From a virus (taxonomy: Duplodnaviria; Heunggongvirae; Uroviricota; Caudoviricetes): DNA of 35,750 bases. The position numbers were made by a program, and so were the translations under genes. Below the pieces are notes generated by a model. That model had not been told where the DNA came from and did not search any database. It saw nothing but the letters and a program-made list of their open reading frames with translations. Positions 1-8,816 of the stretch are shown piece by piece. Location of the stretch: positions 78,839 to 114,588 of IMG/VR virus record IMGVR_UViG_3300044614_000224; one strand, 5' to 3'. The stretch's first letter is position 1. Every line of letters starts with the position of its first letter.

Positions 1-2
1 TT

Positions 3-1895
3 AGTAAGTATGCGAAGTATGTCCCAGAACTAAAAAGAAGAGAAACCTGGGATGAGATAGTGGATAGGTATCAGACGATGATGATCAAAAAATATCCTAA
101 ATTACAAGATGCTATTATAGAGAGTGCCAAGTTTATCAGAGATAAGAAGGTGTTACCATCTATGAGAGCTCTTCAGTTTGCTGGTCCAGCAATGGAAGTG
201 AACAACGCTAGAGGATACAACTGTGCTTATCTGCCAGTTGATAGCTTATATAGCTTCAGTGAGACTATGTTCTTATTATTGGGTGGTTCAGGTGTTGGTT
301 TTTCTGTACAGAAGCACCATGTAGCTCAATTGCCAGCTATTAAGAAACAAGAGTCTTACAAGCATAAGAACTATCTTATTGAAGATAGCATTATGGGATG
401 GGCTGATGCTGTGAAGGTTTTGATGAAGTTCTATTTTGAGGGTGGTCTTAAGCCTAAGTTTGACTTCAGAGCTATCCGTGAGAAAGGAGCTAGACTTGTA
501 ACAGCTGGTGGTAAAGCACCTGGTCCAGAACCATTAAAGATTGCATTAGCTCACATAGATGCTATTATGGAACGTAAAGAAGATGGTAGTAAACTATCTC
601 CTCTAGAATGCCATGATATTATGTGTCACATTGCTAATAGTGTCCTTGCAGGTGGTATTAGAAGAAGTGCTATGATTAGCCTATTCAGCCATGATGATGA
701 GGAAATGATTACATGTAAGTATGGCAACTGGTGGGAGCTTAATGAACAACGTGGTAGAAGTAATAACTCAGCTGTCCTTAAAAGAGGTGAGGTGAGTGAA
801 GAAGAATTCATGTCTCTATGGAAAAGAATTGAAGCATCAGGAAGTGGTGAACCAGGTATCTATTGGTCTAATGACCTAGATTGGGGAACTAATCCTTGTT
901 GTGAAATTGGCTTACGTCCATTCCAATTCTGTAACCTATGTGAGGTGAATGTATCTGATATTAAAGATCAAGACGATCTTAATGAAAGAGTGGCAATTGC
1001 TTCATTCTTTGGTACATTACAAGCAGGGTTCTTTGATTTCCACTACTTACGTCCTATTTGGCAAAAGACTACACAGAAAGATGCTCTATTGGGTATTGGT
1101 ATGACAGGTATAGGTTCAGGAGAAATCTTGAAATATGACCTAGAATTAGTAGCTAACACAGCTAAAACTATGAATAGGGATTTATCAGCTCTTATTGGTA
1201 CTAATGAAGCAGCTCGTATCACATGTATTAAGCCTTCTGGTACAACTAGCCTTGTGTTAGGTACAGCTAGTGGTATCCATGCATGGCATGCTCCTCACTA
1301 TCTACGTACAATGAGATTTAATAAGAATGAAGACATTGCTATGTACTTAGAGATTAACCATCCTGAACTATGTGAAGATGATGTGTTACGTCCTAAGGAT
1401 ACAGTTTGTGTACGCATTCCTGTTAAAGCCCCTGAAGGATCTATTCTACGTACAGAGACAGCACTTGATACACTAGAACGTGTTAAGAAGTTCTCTACAG
1501 AATGGGTTAAAGCAGGTCATAACAATGGAGCTAACACACACAATGTAAGTGCTACAATCTCTATCGATAATGATAGAAAATACACTTCTATTAACATGTC
1601 TGATGGTAAAGGAAGTCAATTTACATTATCAAAAGAGGGCTGGTTAAATGAATGGCAAGCTGTAGGTAATTGGATGTGGGACAATAGAGAGGTGTACAAT
1701 GGTCTATCTGTATTACCATTCTTTGGTGGTACGTATAAACAAGCTCCTTTTGAAGACATCACAGAAGAGGAATACAACAACCGCATTAAATCATTGAAAT
1801 CCATTGACTTAACAAAGGTGATGGAACTAGATGATACTGTAGACTTTGGTGCTATCCAAGCTTGCGGAGGTGGTGCTTGTGAAGTTAACATTTAA
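3..1895 (+). CDS. nrdJ: Class II (adenosylcobalamin-dependent) ribonucleoside-triphosphate reductase, 5'-truncated by the window
   Basis: Frame is open from nt 3 (SKYAKYVPELKRRETWDEIVDRY), so the track start at 60 (GTG) is internal. Motifs: MPSMRALQF-like, YNCAY, GSGVGFS, NPCCEI, QFCNL, TCIKPSGTTS, HNVSATI, and a C-terminal CGGGAC Cys pair. No intein-sized insertion. Confidence 0.93.
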   Translation, partial: SKYAKYVPELKRRETWDEIVDRYQTMMIKKYPKLQDAIIESAKFIRDKKVLPSMRALQFAGPAMEVNNARGYNCAYLPVDSLYSFSETMFLLLGGSGVGFSVQKHHVAQLPAIKKQESYKHKNYLIEDSIMGWADAVKVLMKFYFEGGLKPKFDFRAIREKGARLVTAGGKAPGPEPLKIALAHIDAIMERKEDGSKLSPLECHDIMCHIANSVLAGGIRRSAMISLFSHDDEEMITCKYGNWWELNEQRGRSNNSAVLKRGEVSEEEFMSLWKRIEASGSGEPGIYWSNDLDWGTNPCCEIGLRPFQFCNLCEVNVSDIKDQDDLNERVAIASFFGTLQAGFFDFHYLRPIWQKTTQKDALLGIGMTGIGSGEILKYDLELVANTAKTMNRDLSALIGTNEAARITCIKPSGTTSLVLGTASGIHAWHAPHYLRTMRFNKNEDIAMYLEINHPELCEDDVLRPKDTVCVRIPVKAPEGSILRTETALDTLERVKKFSTEWVKAGHNNGANTHNVSATISIDNDRKYTSINMSDGKGSQFTLSKEGWLNEWQAVGNWMWDNREVYNGLSVLPFFGGTYKQAPFEDITEEEYNNRIKSLKSIDLTKVMELDDTVDFGAIQACGGGACEVNI

Positions 1896-2074
1896 TGGAA
1901 AAGAAAGAATTTATAAAAGATAAACATTACTACTTGGATGGGGATAGAGTTGTATTTACAGCTCTGTTCCTCACCCAACGTGGTGAATGTTGTGCAAACG
2001 GGTGTAAGAACTGCCCATATACCAAACCAAGAAAAAAAGGTAATACTCTTCTAGAAGAAGAGAAAAAAATATAG
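1895..2074 (+). CDS. 59-aa Cys-cluster protein (DUF5522-like), not in the ORF track
   Basis: Manual translation: MEKKEFIKDKHYYLDGDRVVFTALFLTQRGECCANGCKNCPYTKPRKKGNTLLEEEKKI. TAATG overlap with the nrdJ stop. The FT..FL..RG.CC..GC..CPY pattern is as I recall for DUF5522. Confidence 0.8.
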   Translation: MEKKEFIKDKHYYLDGDRVVFTALFLTQRGECCANGCKNCPYTKPRKKGNTLLEEEKKI

Positions 2075-2101
2075 TGTTCTGTGTTCTGTTTTGATTATGA
2101 A

Positions 2102-2140
2102 AGCCCTGGTATATCTATACTGGGGCTATTTTTTTATTTT
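2102..2140 (+). terminator. Rho-independent terminator after nrdJ and the Cys-cluster gene
   Basis: 11-bp stem agccctggtat / atactggggct (two G-U pairs), 4-nt loop, followed by a long T tract. Confidence 0.8.
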
Positions 2141-2160
2141 TTATTTTGTAAAGTTATTCG

Positions 2161-2168
2161 TAAATTTG
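2161..2168 (+). promoter_or_regulatory. Bacteroidota-type -7 element (TAAATTTG) upstream of recA
   Basis: TAnnTTTG ending 22 nt before the ATG at 2191. No TTTG at the canonical -33 spacing. Confidence 0.5.
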
Positions 2169-2190
2169 TATCTATAAAAAACCAACAATT

Positions 2191-3225
2191 ATGGCAAAAG
2201 CAAAGGAAACCTCAGAGGGCAAAAGTAAATATCAAGAAGCCCTTGAGAAATTAAACAAAGCTTATGGTGTAGGAACAATCCTAACACTAGAAAGCAAAAC
2301 AGATGGTGCATATGAAATTATCAGTACGGGGAGTATTGGTTTTGATTACATCACATTGGGAACTGGAGGATTTGTAAAAGGTAAGATGTATGAACTAATG
2401 GGTTGGGAAGGCTCAGGTAAGTCTACAATCTGTGGACATGCTGTAGCAGAATGTCAAAAGAAGGGAGGCACTGTATTATATATAGATGGCGAGCATGCTG
2501 TTGATAAGCAATACTTCCAAGCTCTAGGTGTAGATACTACCAAGATGTTAATTGCTCAACCATCATGTGGTGAGGAAGGTTTTAACATTGCTATGGAAAT
2601 GATTCAAACAGGAGATGTTGATCTTGTTATCATTGACTCAGATTCATCATTAATTCCTAAGAAACAATTAGATGGTGATGTAGGTGATAGCACTATCGGT
2701 TACAAAGCTAGATTGAATAGCAATGCATATCCAAAACTAAAAGGTGCCCTATCACAACATAATGTATGTGTTATTGTCGTAAGTCAATATCGTGAGAAGA
2801 TTGGTGTTATGTTTGGTAACCCTACCACAACTCAGGGTGGACATGCATTGAAGTTCTACACTGATGTAAGAATAGAGGTGAGCAAGAGCTTAGCTAAGGA
2901 AGGTGATGTAAACTACGGTAATATTACCAAGGTGAAAGCTGTAAAGAACAAGATGAGTTCTCCTTATAAGCTACATGCATTTGATATTGTATATGGTGAG
3001 GGTATTGATAAGGTGGGTGAGATTATGGAGCTTCTTAATGAGTTTGAACTTGGTAGGAAGTATGGTAAGACATTCACATTCAATGAGACAAAGTACGATC
3101 TTGAAGAGTTTAAAGCTATGTTGTTAGACAACGAAGAGTTTTACAATGAAATCAAGACTAGCATTATTAACAAGATTAACCAAACTGAAATTAAAACTGA
3201 AGAAGATGTTACAAGTGAAATTTAA
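2191..3225 (+). CDS. recA: RecA recombinase
   Basis: ISTGSIGFD, Walker A GWEGSGKST, YIDGEHAVD, Walker B LVIIDS, SQYREKIGVMFGNPTTTQGGHALKFY. Confidence 0.96.
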   Translation: MAKAKETSEGKSKYQEALEKLNKAYGVGTILTLESKTDGAYEIISTGSIGFDYITLGTGGFVKGKMYELMGWEGSGKSTICGHAVAECQKKGGTVLYIDGEHAVDKQYFQALGVDTTKMLIAQPSCGEEGFNIAMEMIQTGDVDLVIIDSDSSLIPKKQLDGDVGDSTIGYKARLNSNAYPKLKGALSQHNVCVIVVSQYREKIGVMFGNPTTTQGGHALKFYTDVRIEVSKSLAKEGDVNYGNITKVKAVKNKMSSPYKLHAFDIVYGEGIDKVGEIMELLNEFELGRKYGKTFTFNETKYDLEEFKAMLLDNEEFYNEIKTSIINKINQTEIKTEEDVTSEI

Positions 3226-3658
3226 AAAGATCTCTGACAACACTATCGTTCCCTCTAGAGGAAGTTTAGATGCAGCATGTTATGATGTATATGCACATTC
3301 TATTGTGCATAAAGATGACGGTAAGGTTGTTGTTGGTTTAGGGTTTAAAACAGAAATCCCTGTAGGTTACAAAGCTGTGTTAGTACCTCGTAGTAACTTA
3401 ACTAAACACAACTGGGTAATGAACAACTCTATAGGTATCATTGATGCTGACTATAGAGGAGAATGGATGTGTGTGTTCACACGATTAGAATTTAATACAT
3501 CAAGTGGAGGAACTGTACAAGACTTCCCTTATGCTGTAGGTGATAGAGTGGCACAGTTCTATCTAGATGAGGTGTATAACATCGCATTCTTAGAAGTGAC
3601 AGCCCTATCAGATACAAATAGAGGTGAAGGTGGATTTGGTTCTACAGGATTAAAATAA
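3206..3658 (+). CDS. dut: Trimeric dUTPase
   Basis: Motifs AACYD, PRSNL, GIIDADYRGE, RVAQ, RGEGGFGSTG. The likely start is ATG 3206 (MLQVKFKK), not 3146. Confidence 0.93.
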   Translation: MLQVKFKKISDNTIVPSRGSLDAACYDVYAHSIVHKDDGKVVVGLGFKTEIPVGYKAVLVPRSNLTKHNWVMNNSIGIIDADYRGEWMCVFTRLEFNTSSGGTVQDFPYAVGDRVAQFYLDEVYNIAFLEVTALSDTNRGEGGFGSTGLK

Positions 3659-3670
3659 CATAAAATTAAA

Positions 3671-4024
3671 ATGATGACTCCAAGAGAATTAGCAGTGATT
3701 AAAGGTTACCAACGTGAGTTCCAAGAAACGTTTGGAAAGAGGCTTGAAATAGACTTTGTAGTGATGAAAAATCTAGACTTCATGCAAGATGAAGGACAGA
3801 CACTTGAGCAAGCTCTTTCAGAATGTGTTGAAAGACATGGTGCAGATATTGAGGTGCTTAAAGATACCAATGTAAGACTCAATAGAACCACCACTAGAAA
3901 AGAAAGGGCAGCTATTGTTGATTTCTCTAGATTTGTTATAGGTAATAACCTTTGTGTTAAAGATGCGTCTGAACTTATTAGAAGAGACAGAAGCAACATT
4001 TATCACTATGCAGGATGTAGATAA
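3671..4024 (+). CDS. Hypothetical protein with a C-terminal HTH resembling DnaA domain IV
   Basis: C-terminal ASELIRRDRSNIYHY resembles the DnaA domain IV RDHSTVIH signature; no AAA+ domain. Confidence 0.4.
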   Translation: MMTPRELAVIKGYQREFQETFGKRLEIDFVVMKNLDFMQDEGQTLEQALSECVERHGADIEVLKDTNVRLNRTTTRKERAAIVDFSRFVIGNNLCVKDASELIRRDRSNIYHYAGCR

Positions 4025-4026
4025 GT

Positions 4027-4428
4027 ATGAAAACACAATGTAAAACATGTGGTAAAAACTGTGATGGAGAATACTGTTTTATACACAAGCCTAGAAAATC
4101 TTTATCCTCTGCGAAAGGATTTAAGGTGAAGGTCCCTGACAAACATCCTATTACAGAGATTAATCCTATGAAGGATTTGTTTCTACGTATATGGAAAACT
4201 AGACCTAGATTGTCAGAAGTTAGTGGGGACTATTTAATAGGTGGTGTGTCAACAGCATTCTTCCATCATATTTTACCAAAAGAAAAATACCCTGAAGCTG
4301 CGTTAGATGAAGAAAATATCATACTTTTGACATTGAATGAACATAATCAAGTGGAGAGTGACATCTATAGATATGAAGAAGTGAATAAGAGACGTGAATA
4401 TTTAAAACAAAAGTATGAGATTAGCTGA
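4027..4428 (+). CDS. HNH-type endonuclease with N-terminal Zn finger
   Basis: CKTC...C....C..H at the N-terminus; FHHILPKEKYPEAALDEENIILLTLNEHNQV is an HH...N...H core. Confidence 0.7.
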   Translation: MKTQCKTCGKNCDGEYCFIHKPRKSLSSAKGFKVKVPDKHPITEINPMKDLFLRIWKTRPRLSEVSGDYLIGGVSTAFFHHILPKEKYPEAALDEENIILLTLNEHNQVESDIYRYEEVNKRREYLKQKYEIS

Positions 4429-4864
4429 GGGAATAATATTAGGTGTATCCTTGGTAGCCATGATAGCTACATCTATCTGGGTGGCAGATGAGAAAACTCC
4501 AAAGCCTAATTACAAAGCATATACAATACCTGCTGGGACATTTGATTTAGATGTACAAATCATTGTTACAGAGGATACAGCATTTGCTGCTAAGTATATA
4601 GCTAAGAACTTTGACAGCAGTCTCAAATCTCCTGACTTAGATGCTAGGGCTGTAACATTTGGTACAGCTGATGGCAAACCTCCTATTATATGGTTCTCAG
4701 ATATTGAGGACTCGTCTGTTGTACAACATGAATTACTCCATGTAACAATAGATATGATGAAATGGGCAGGTATTGAGCTAAATGAGCACACTGAGGAAGT
4801 ATATACCTATCAGCTACAGTATTTAACAAAACAATTTTATAAACAAGTAAACCAAAACAAATGA
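4415..4864 (+). CDS. Membrane-anchored protein with an HExxH zinc-metallopeptidase-like motif
   Basis: Hydrophobic N-terminus (GIILGVSLVAMIATSIWVA); QHELLH followed by a downstream EEVYTY segment. Confidence 0.55.
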   Translation: MRLAEGIILGVSLVAMIATSIWVADEKTPKPNYKAYTIPAGTFDLDVQIIVTEDTAFAAKYIAKNFDSSLKSPDLDARAVTFGTADGKPPIIWFSDIEDSSVVQHELLHVTIDMMKWAGIELNEHTEEVYTYQLQYLTKQFYKQVNQNK

Positions 4865-5130
4865 GCAATTTATTCTTTTACACAAGAAAGGACGGTGATA
4901 AAGTTTACACCGACAGCTTTAACCTGAACAAGGTGATTAGATCAGTTCAAATAGAAGACAACAAAGTGTTAGTCTTATTAGATGATGCACATGACCGTTC
5001 AGAAGATGTTCCAGATATTGATCCTAAGACTGGTAAACAAAGAGGGGTTAAAAGGCAACGCAATACATATTCAACAGAGATTAGCTTAGTTGATGAAGAT
5101 GTAACTAGATTTAACAATTTAAATAATTAA
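4861..5130 (+). CDS. Hypothetical protein
   Basis: ATGA overlap with the upstream gene, A-rich start context, fits the operon. Confidence 0.7.
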   Translation: MSNLFFYTRKDGDKVYTDSFNLNKVIRSVQIEDNKVLVLLDDAHDRSEDVPDIDPKTGKQRGVKRQRNTYSTEISLVDEDVTRFNNLNN

Positions 5131-5132
5131 TC

Positions 5133-5420
5133 ATGGCAAAGTTATTAGGAAACAGAGTGTTATTACAATTACCTCCACAAGAAGAGGAAAGTAAGATTGT
5201 TGTAGACGAGAACACTAAAGAAGCATTACAAAGAGAATTGCTTAACAAGATGTCTAAACTAAAGGTGTTACAAGTTGGTACTATCGTTACAGAGATTAAA
5301 GCAGGAGACTGGGTTTTAGTAGATCCAGCAGCTTTAAACAAAGCTACATTGGTTCCAATCAATGAAAATGATGAACGTGCAATATTAGTATCACCATTTG
5401 ACATAATCCAAATTTGGTAA
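5133..5420 (+). CDS. groES: GroES-like co-chaperonin
   Basis: LLGNRVLL, KVLQVGT and IKAGDWVLV match the GroES/cpn10 pattern; 95 aa. Confidence 0.75.
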   Translation: MAKLLGNRVLLQLPPQEEESKIVVDENTKEALQRELLNKMSKLKVLQVGTIVTEIKAGDWVLVDPAALNKATLVPINENDERAILVSPFDIIQIW

Positions 5421-5421
5421 T

Positions 5422-6177
5422 ATGGAATATCCATTTATATCATGTAAATGTATAACTTATGGTAGAGTGTCCACGCTTGAGGAGAGTATTGAATCTTTCC
5501 TCAAGCAGGACTACCCTGCAGATAAGTGTGAGCTTATAATAGTGAACGACTATCCTTTACAAACTCTTGTATACGATCATCCACAAATTAAGATAGTTAA
5601 CCTAGATAAAACTTTTGACACCATTGGTGAGAAAGAAAACTTTGCTACAGAATTATGCCAGGGAGATATAATATGTCAATGGGATGATGATGATGTAGCT
5701 TTACCAAATCACTTACAAAATGTGGCTAAATACATGACTGATAAGGTGAACATCCTTCACTGGGAAACAGGAGTGTTATGTCACATTACAGGTATTGAAC
5801 AAGTTGGTTGGATAGGTAACTCTGGTATTGTGTTTAGAAAGTCAGCTTGGAAAGCTATAGGAGGACATCCTCTTCAAAATGCTGGATATGATATGACATT
5901 CATTGAAGCAATCAATGCATATGGAGGAAGACTATTTGCTAAACCTCCTAAGGAAGAAGCAAGTTGGTTCTATATGTGGGGTGGTAGAGGTTATCACATG
6001 AGTGGAGAAGGTACTGACCATCCTGGAAAGCTCAACGCTATACAAAGACATAGTGCTTACATTGAATCACAAAGAGTTATAGGAAGAATTCCTACAGGAG
6101 ATGTACATTTAGCTCCCAATTGGAAAAATGATTATTCACAAATGTTAAAAAATTATATTAATGATACATCTAGATAA
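5422..6177 (+). CDS. Glycosyltransferase family 2
   Basis: ISCKCITYGR, ESFLKQDYP, ELIIVND, IGEKEN, QWDDDD (DxD). Confidence 0.85.
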   Translation: MEYPFISCKCITYGRVSTLEESIESFLKQDYPADKCELIIVNDYPLQTLVYDHPQIKIVNLDKTFDTIGEKENFATELCQGDIICQWDDDDVALPNHLQNVAKYMTDKVNILHWETGVLCHITGIEQVGWIGNSGIVFRKSAWKAIGGHPLQNAGYDMTFIEAINAYGGRLFAKPPKEEASWFYMWGGRGYHMSGEGTDHPGKLNAIQRHSAYIESQRVIGRIPTGDVHLAPNWKNDYSQMLKNYINDTSR

Positions 6178-6640
6178 AACAGCTATAATTGGTAAAAATG
6201 TTATTATAGAAGATGATGTTTATATAGGTCCTTATTGTATTATAGGAATGCCTCCTGAATGGAAAGGGAGAGAAAATGAAGATAAAGGTGTTTTAATTAA
6301 AAAAGGATCAAGACTGACAGGACTTGTTACAGTTGATTCTGGAGCAGATAAACAAACAATAATAGGTGAGAATTGCTATCTTATGAAACATTCACATGTT
6401 GGACATGATGCAACCCTAGAAAATAATGTAACACTATCCTGTGGAGCAAAGATAGGAGGTCATTCTATTATTGGAGAATACACAAATATTGGACTGAATG
6501 CTGTAATTCATCAAAAGATATCTATACCAAGAGGTTGTATGATTGGAGCTAGTGCGTTTGTTGGAAAGAAATCACTATTAAAACCAAATTATAAATATGC
6601 TGGAGTTCCAGTTAAAGAAATAGGGAAAAATGAACGCTAG
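6161..6640 (+). CDS. Hexapeptide-repeat (left-handed beta-helix) acyltransferase, LpxA/NeuD-like
   Basis: IGKNVIIEDDVYIGPYCIIG and HSHVGHDATLENNVTLSCGAKIGGHSIIG repeats; C-terminal AGVPVK. Confidence 0.85.
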   Translation: MIHLDKTAIIGKNVIIEDDVYIGPYCIIGMPPEWKGRENEDKGVLIKKGSRLTGLVTVDSGADKQTIIGENCYLMKHSHVGHDATLENNVTLSCGAKIGGHSIIGEYTNIGLNAVIHQKISIPRGCMIGASAFVGKKSLLKPNYKYAGVPVKEIGKNER

Positions 6641-7262
6641 GATAACTGTTAGTCTACCTTGTTTTGGTAGACCTTTAAGAACAAAAAGGTCTATTGAATG
6701 CATTATTAATCAAAACATTAATAACTGGGAAGCATTTATTATGGGCGATTGTTGTCCACATTTTCAAGAACTAATAGATAGTGGCTATCTTGAAACTATA
6801 AAACAAGAACAAGCACTTAAAGGAAACATCATCCATTATTTTAATGCTGAAGTTAATGGAGGAGGTTGTGGATATAAGCTTACAAACTATGCTATTCAAA
6901 ATGCTACAGGAAAATATTTTATATTTTATGCTAATGACGATATCATTTTTGAAGATCATTTTAGCAATTATTTAGAAATAGAAAACACAGACTTAGATTA
7001 TATGTTTTTTAATTCTTGGATAGATCCTATTGATAAAGCTAGAGATTCAACAATTGCTCCATCTCAGATAGGTCATAGTGAGATAATATTAACAACAGAG
7101 CTAGCAAAACAATTACCAGAACATTTACCAACATATGGACATGATTGGGAATTTATAAATGCTATGTTAAAACAAGGAAAAGGCGAAAAATCAAAAAGTA
7201 ACACTCTATCTTATAGAGTCATGCATGTACCAAGTTTTGGAACAAAAGATGAGATAAACTAA
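6630..7262 (+). CDS. Glycosyltransferase family 2
   Basis: ITVSLPCFGR, NQNINNWEAFIMGDCC, AIQNATGKYFIFYANDD, YGHDW. Confidence 0.8.
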   Translation: MNARITVSLPCFGRPLRTKRSIECIINQNINNWEAFIMGDCCPHFQELIDSGYLETIKQEQALKGNIIHYFNAEVNGGGCGYKLTNYAIQNATGKYFIFYANDDIIFEDHFSNYLEIENTDLDYMFFNSWIDPIDKARDSTIAPSQIGHSEIILTTELAKQLPEHLPTYGHDWEFINAMLKQGKGEKSKSNTLSYRVMHVPSFGTKDEIN

Positions 7263-7263
7263 T

Positions 7264-7297
7264 AAAAAAAGCCCTCCATTTCTGGGGGGCTTTTTAT
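7264..7297. terminator. Bidirectional Rho-independent terminator between convergent units
   Basis: aaaaaaa-gccctcca-tttc-tggggggc-ttttt: GC-rich stem with A and T tracts on either side. Confidence 0.88.
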
Positions 7298-7437
7298 TAT
7301 TTTGATAATTTCTTACCAGTCATAGGAGCCATAGGGCTCTTACCTTTATTTCTAGTATTATCTGATTCCTTCATATAAGGCTTGTTAGGCTTAGGGTTTT
7401 TAACCTTAGGAGCTAAACGTGGTTTACCTGATTTCAT
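7297..7437 (-). CDS. 46-aa Lys/Pro-rich protein, not in the ORF track
   Basis: MKSGKPRLAPKVKNPKPNKPYMKESDNTRNKGKSPMAPMTGKKLSK; TAATG overlap with the upstream gene; ends at the terminator. Confidence 0.7.
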   Translation of the reverse strand: MKSGKPRLAPKVKNPKPNKPYMKESDNTRNKGKSPMAPMTGKKLSK

Positions 7438-7865
7438 TAGCAACCATATTTACATTTACCACCCATTTTCTTTTTAGCAACAGGCTTTTTAAACTTGCTA
7501 CCAAGAACAGAAGCTTTGTCTAAAGACTTAGCCATGCTATCAGCACGCTTATCTCTATCAGCTTTCTTAATCATCTTACCTGGTTTCATTTCACTAGGAA
7601 CCATTTTACCAGCTTGTGCTTTTTTAACACTCTTACCGTATTTAGCAGGAGCAGCTTTAGCAGCTTTCTTTTCAGCTCTAGCTTCTTGACGCTCTTCACG
7701 ATTAGCTACTCTTACAGCTTTTTTATAATCACGTTCAGCCACTCTAGCTTCTTTGCGTTCAGCACGATCAGCACCTGATGTAGTTGCAGCACAACCACCA
7801 CGGTACCCACCTTTTTTTATAGGAGCTCCAAATTGAGCTTTTGCAATTTTTTTAACCTTTGCCAT
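7437..7865 (-). CDS. Small basic protein (KAQxG / KxGG motif family)
   Basis: MAKVKKIAKAQFG, KKAQAGK, KKMGGK; very Lys/Ala/Arg rich. Confidence 0.75.
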   Translation of the reverse strand: MAKVKKIAKAQFGAPIKKGGYRGGCAATTSGADRAERKEARVAERDYKKAVRVANREERQEARAEKKAAKAAPAKYGKSVKKAQAGKMVPSEMKPGKMIKKADRDKRADSMAKSLDKASVLGSKFKKPVAKKKMGGKCKYGC

Positions 7866-7883
7866 TTTTATAATTTTAAATTG

Positions 7884-8414
7884 TTAGCATTTCCATTTAC
7901 GCAAAGACTTATTAATCCTACTGTTAGGGTCGTTTGCTGTCTTAGAACTTGTGAGTTTCTTTTTCATACCTGACATCCTAGCACAGAATGATTTCTTTCT
8001 AGGACCACCTTCAGGTTGAGGAGCTTTAAGACCAGGCTTACCTGGATTAGCTCTATTATATGAGGCTCTTCCCTTAGCGTTTAAACCACCTGCAGGATTC
8101 TTACCTTCTTTTCTTTGCCATGCTGGTGTAGAACCACCATTCTTTTGTTTCTTTGGTCTATTTTCTCTACCTTCTCTAACACCTTCAATCTCTTGCCAAT
8201 TATCAAAAACACTAGCGTTACCTCCTTTTACACCTCTTTTATATCCACTTCTATATAGTGCTGAATCTATAGAACTAGGTTTTTTACCACTTGGTACAGG
8301 TCTATCTATATATTTATATTTTGTAGGAGTGGTACGTACAGGATCTATAATAGGTTTTTTAACTCTAGTATTATCAACTTTACTACCACCTTGAGCTTTC
8401 TTAATCCTAGCCAT
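7884..8414 (-). CDS. Small basic protein with a conserved C-terminal phage domain (DUF6321-like from memory)
   Basis: MARIKKAQGG, QKNGGS; C-terminal AWQRKEGKNPAGGLNAKGRASYN...SFCARM...NSRINKSLRKWKC. Confidence 0.78.
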   Translation of the reverse strand: MARIKKAQGGSKVDNTRVKKPIIDPVRTTPTKYKYIDRPVPSGKKPSSIDSALYRSGYKRGVKGGNASVFDNWQEIEGVREGRENRPKKQKNGGSTPAWQRKEGKNPAGGLNAKGRASYNRANPGKPGLKAPQPEGGPRKKSFCARMSGMKKKLTSSKTANDPNSRINKSLRKWKC

Positions 8415-8416
8415 GT

Positions 8417-8815
8417 CTATTTCTTTTTACCTTTGTACTTATAATCAGGGTTGTCTTTATGCCACTTCTTTGTAGAAGCAACACCCTGTTTAACAGTTTT
8501 TGCTCTACCAATCTTAGTGAGATTAATTGTATCCCATTTACCTTTATCTTTAGTAGGGTGGTTTACAACTATATCTCCAGGTTTAGCTTTAGCTGTTTTC
8601 TTTGTGGCTTTATAAACTACATGTTTTTCTCCACCAGCTGTAACCTTCACCTTACCACCATCTTTTAATGTAGAGCCTTTAAACTCTCCCTTCTTTTTAA
8701 CAAGAGGACCATTAGGAACAGGAGTGATTTTACCACCAGCTCTAAGAACTCCCTTACCTACATAAGCTTCTGCTTTCTGTGGGTTATACACCTTGGTCTT
8801 AGGAATTCTAGGCAT
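8417..8815 (-). CDS. Small basic protein
   Basis: Lys-rich; LRAGGKI and LKDGGKV motifs; tight gene packing. Confidence 0.75.
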   Translation of the reverse strand: MPRIPKTKVYNPQKAEAYVGKGVLRAGGKITPVPNGPLVKKKGEFKGSTLKDGGKVKVTAGGEKHVVYKATKKTAKAKPGDIVVNHPTKDKGKWDTINLTKIGRAKTVKQGVASTKKWHKDNPDYKYKGKKK

Positions 8816-8816
8816 G

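Noticed and set aside
3-3225. Inteins or introns in nrdJ or recA
   Set aside because: Lengths and motif spacing are normal, with no insertion.
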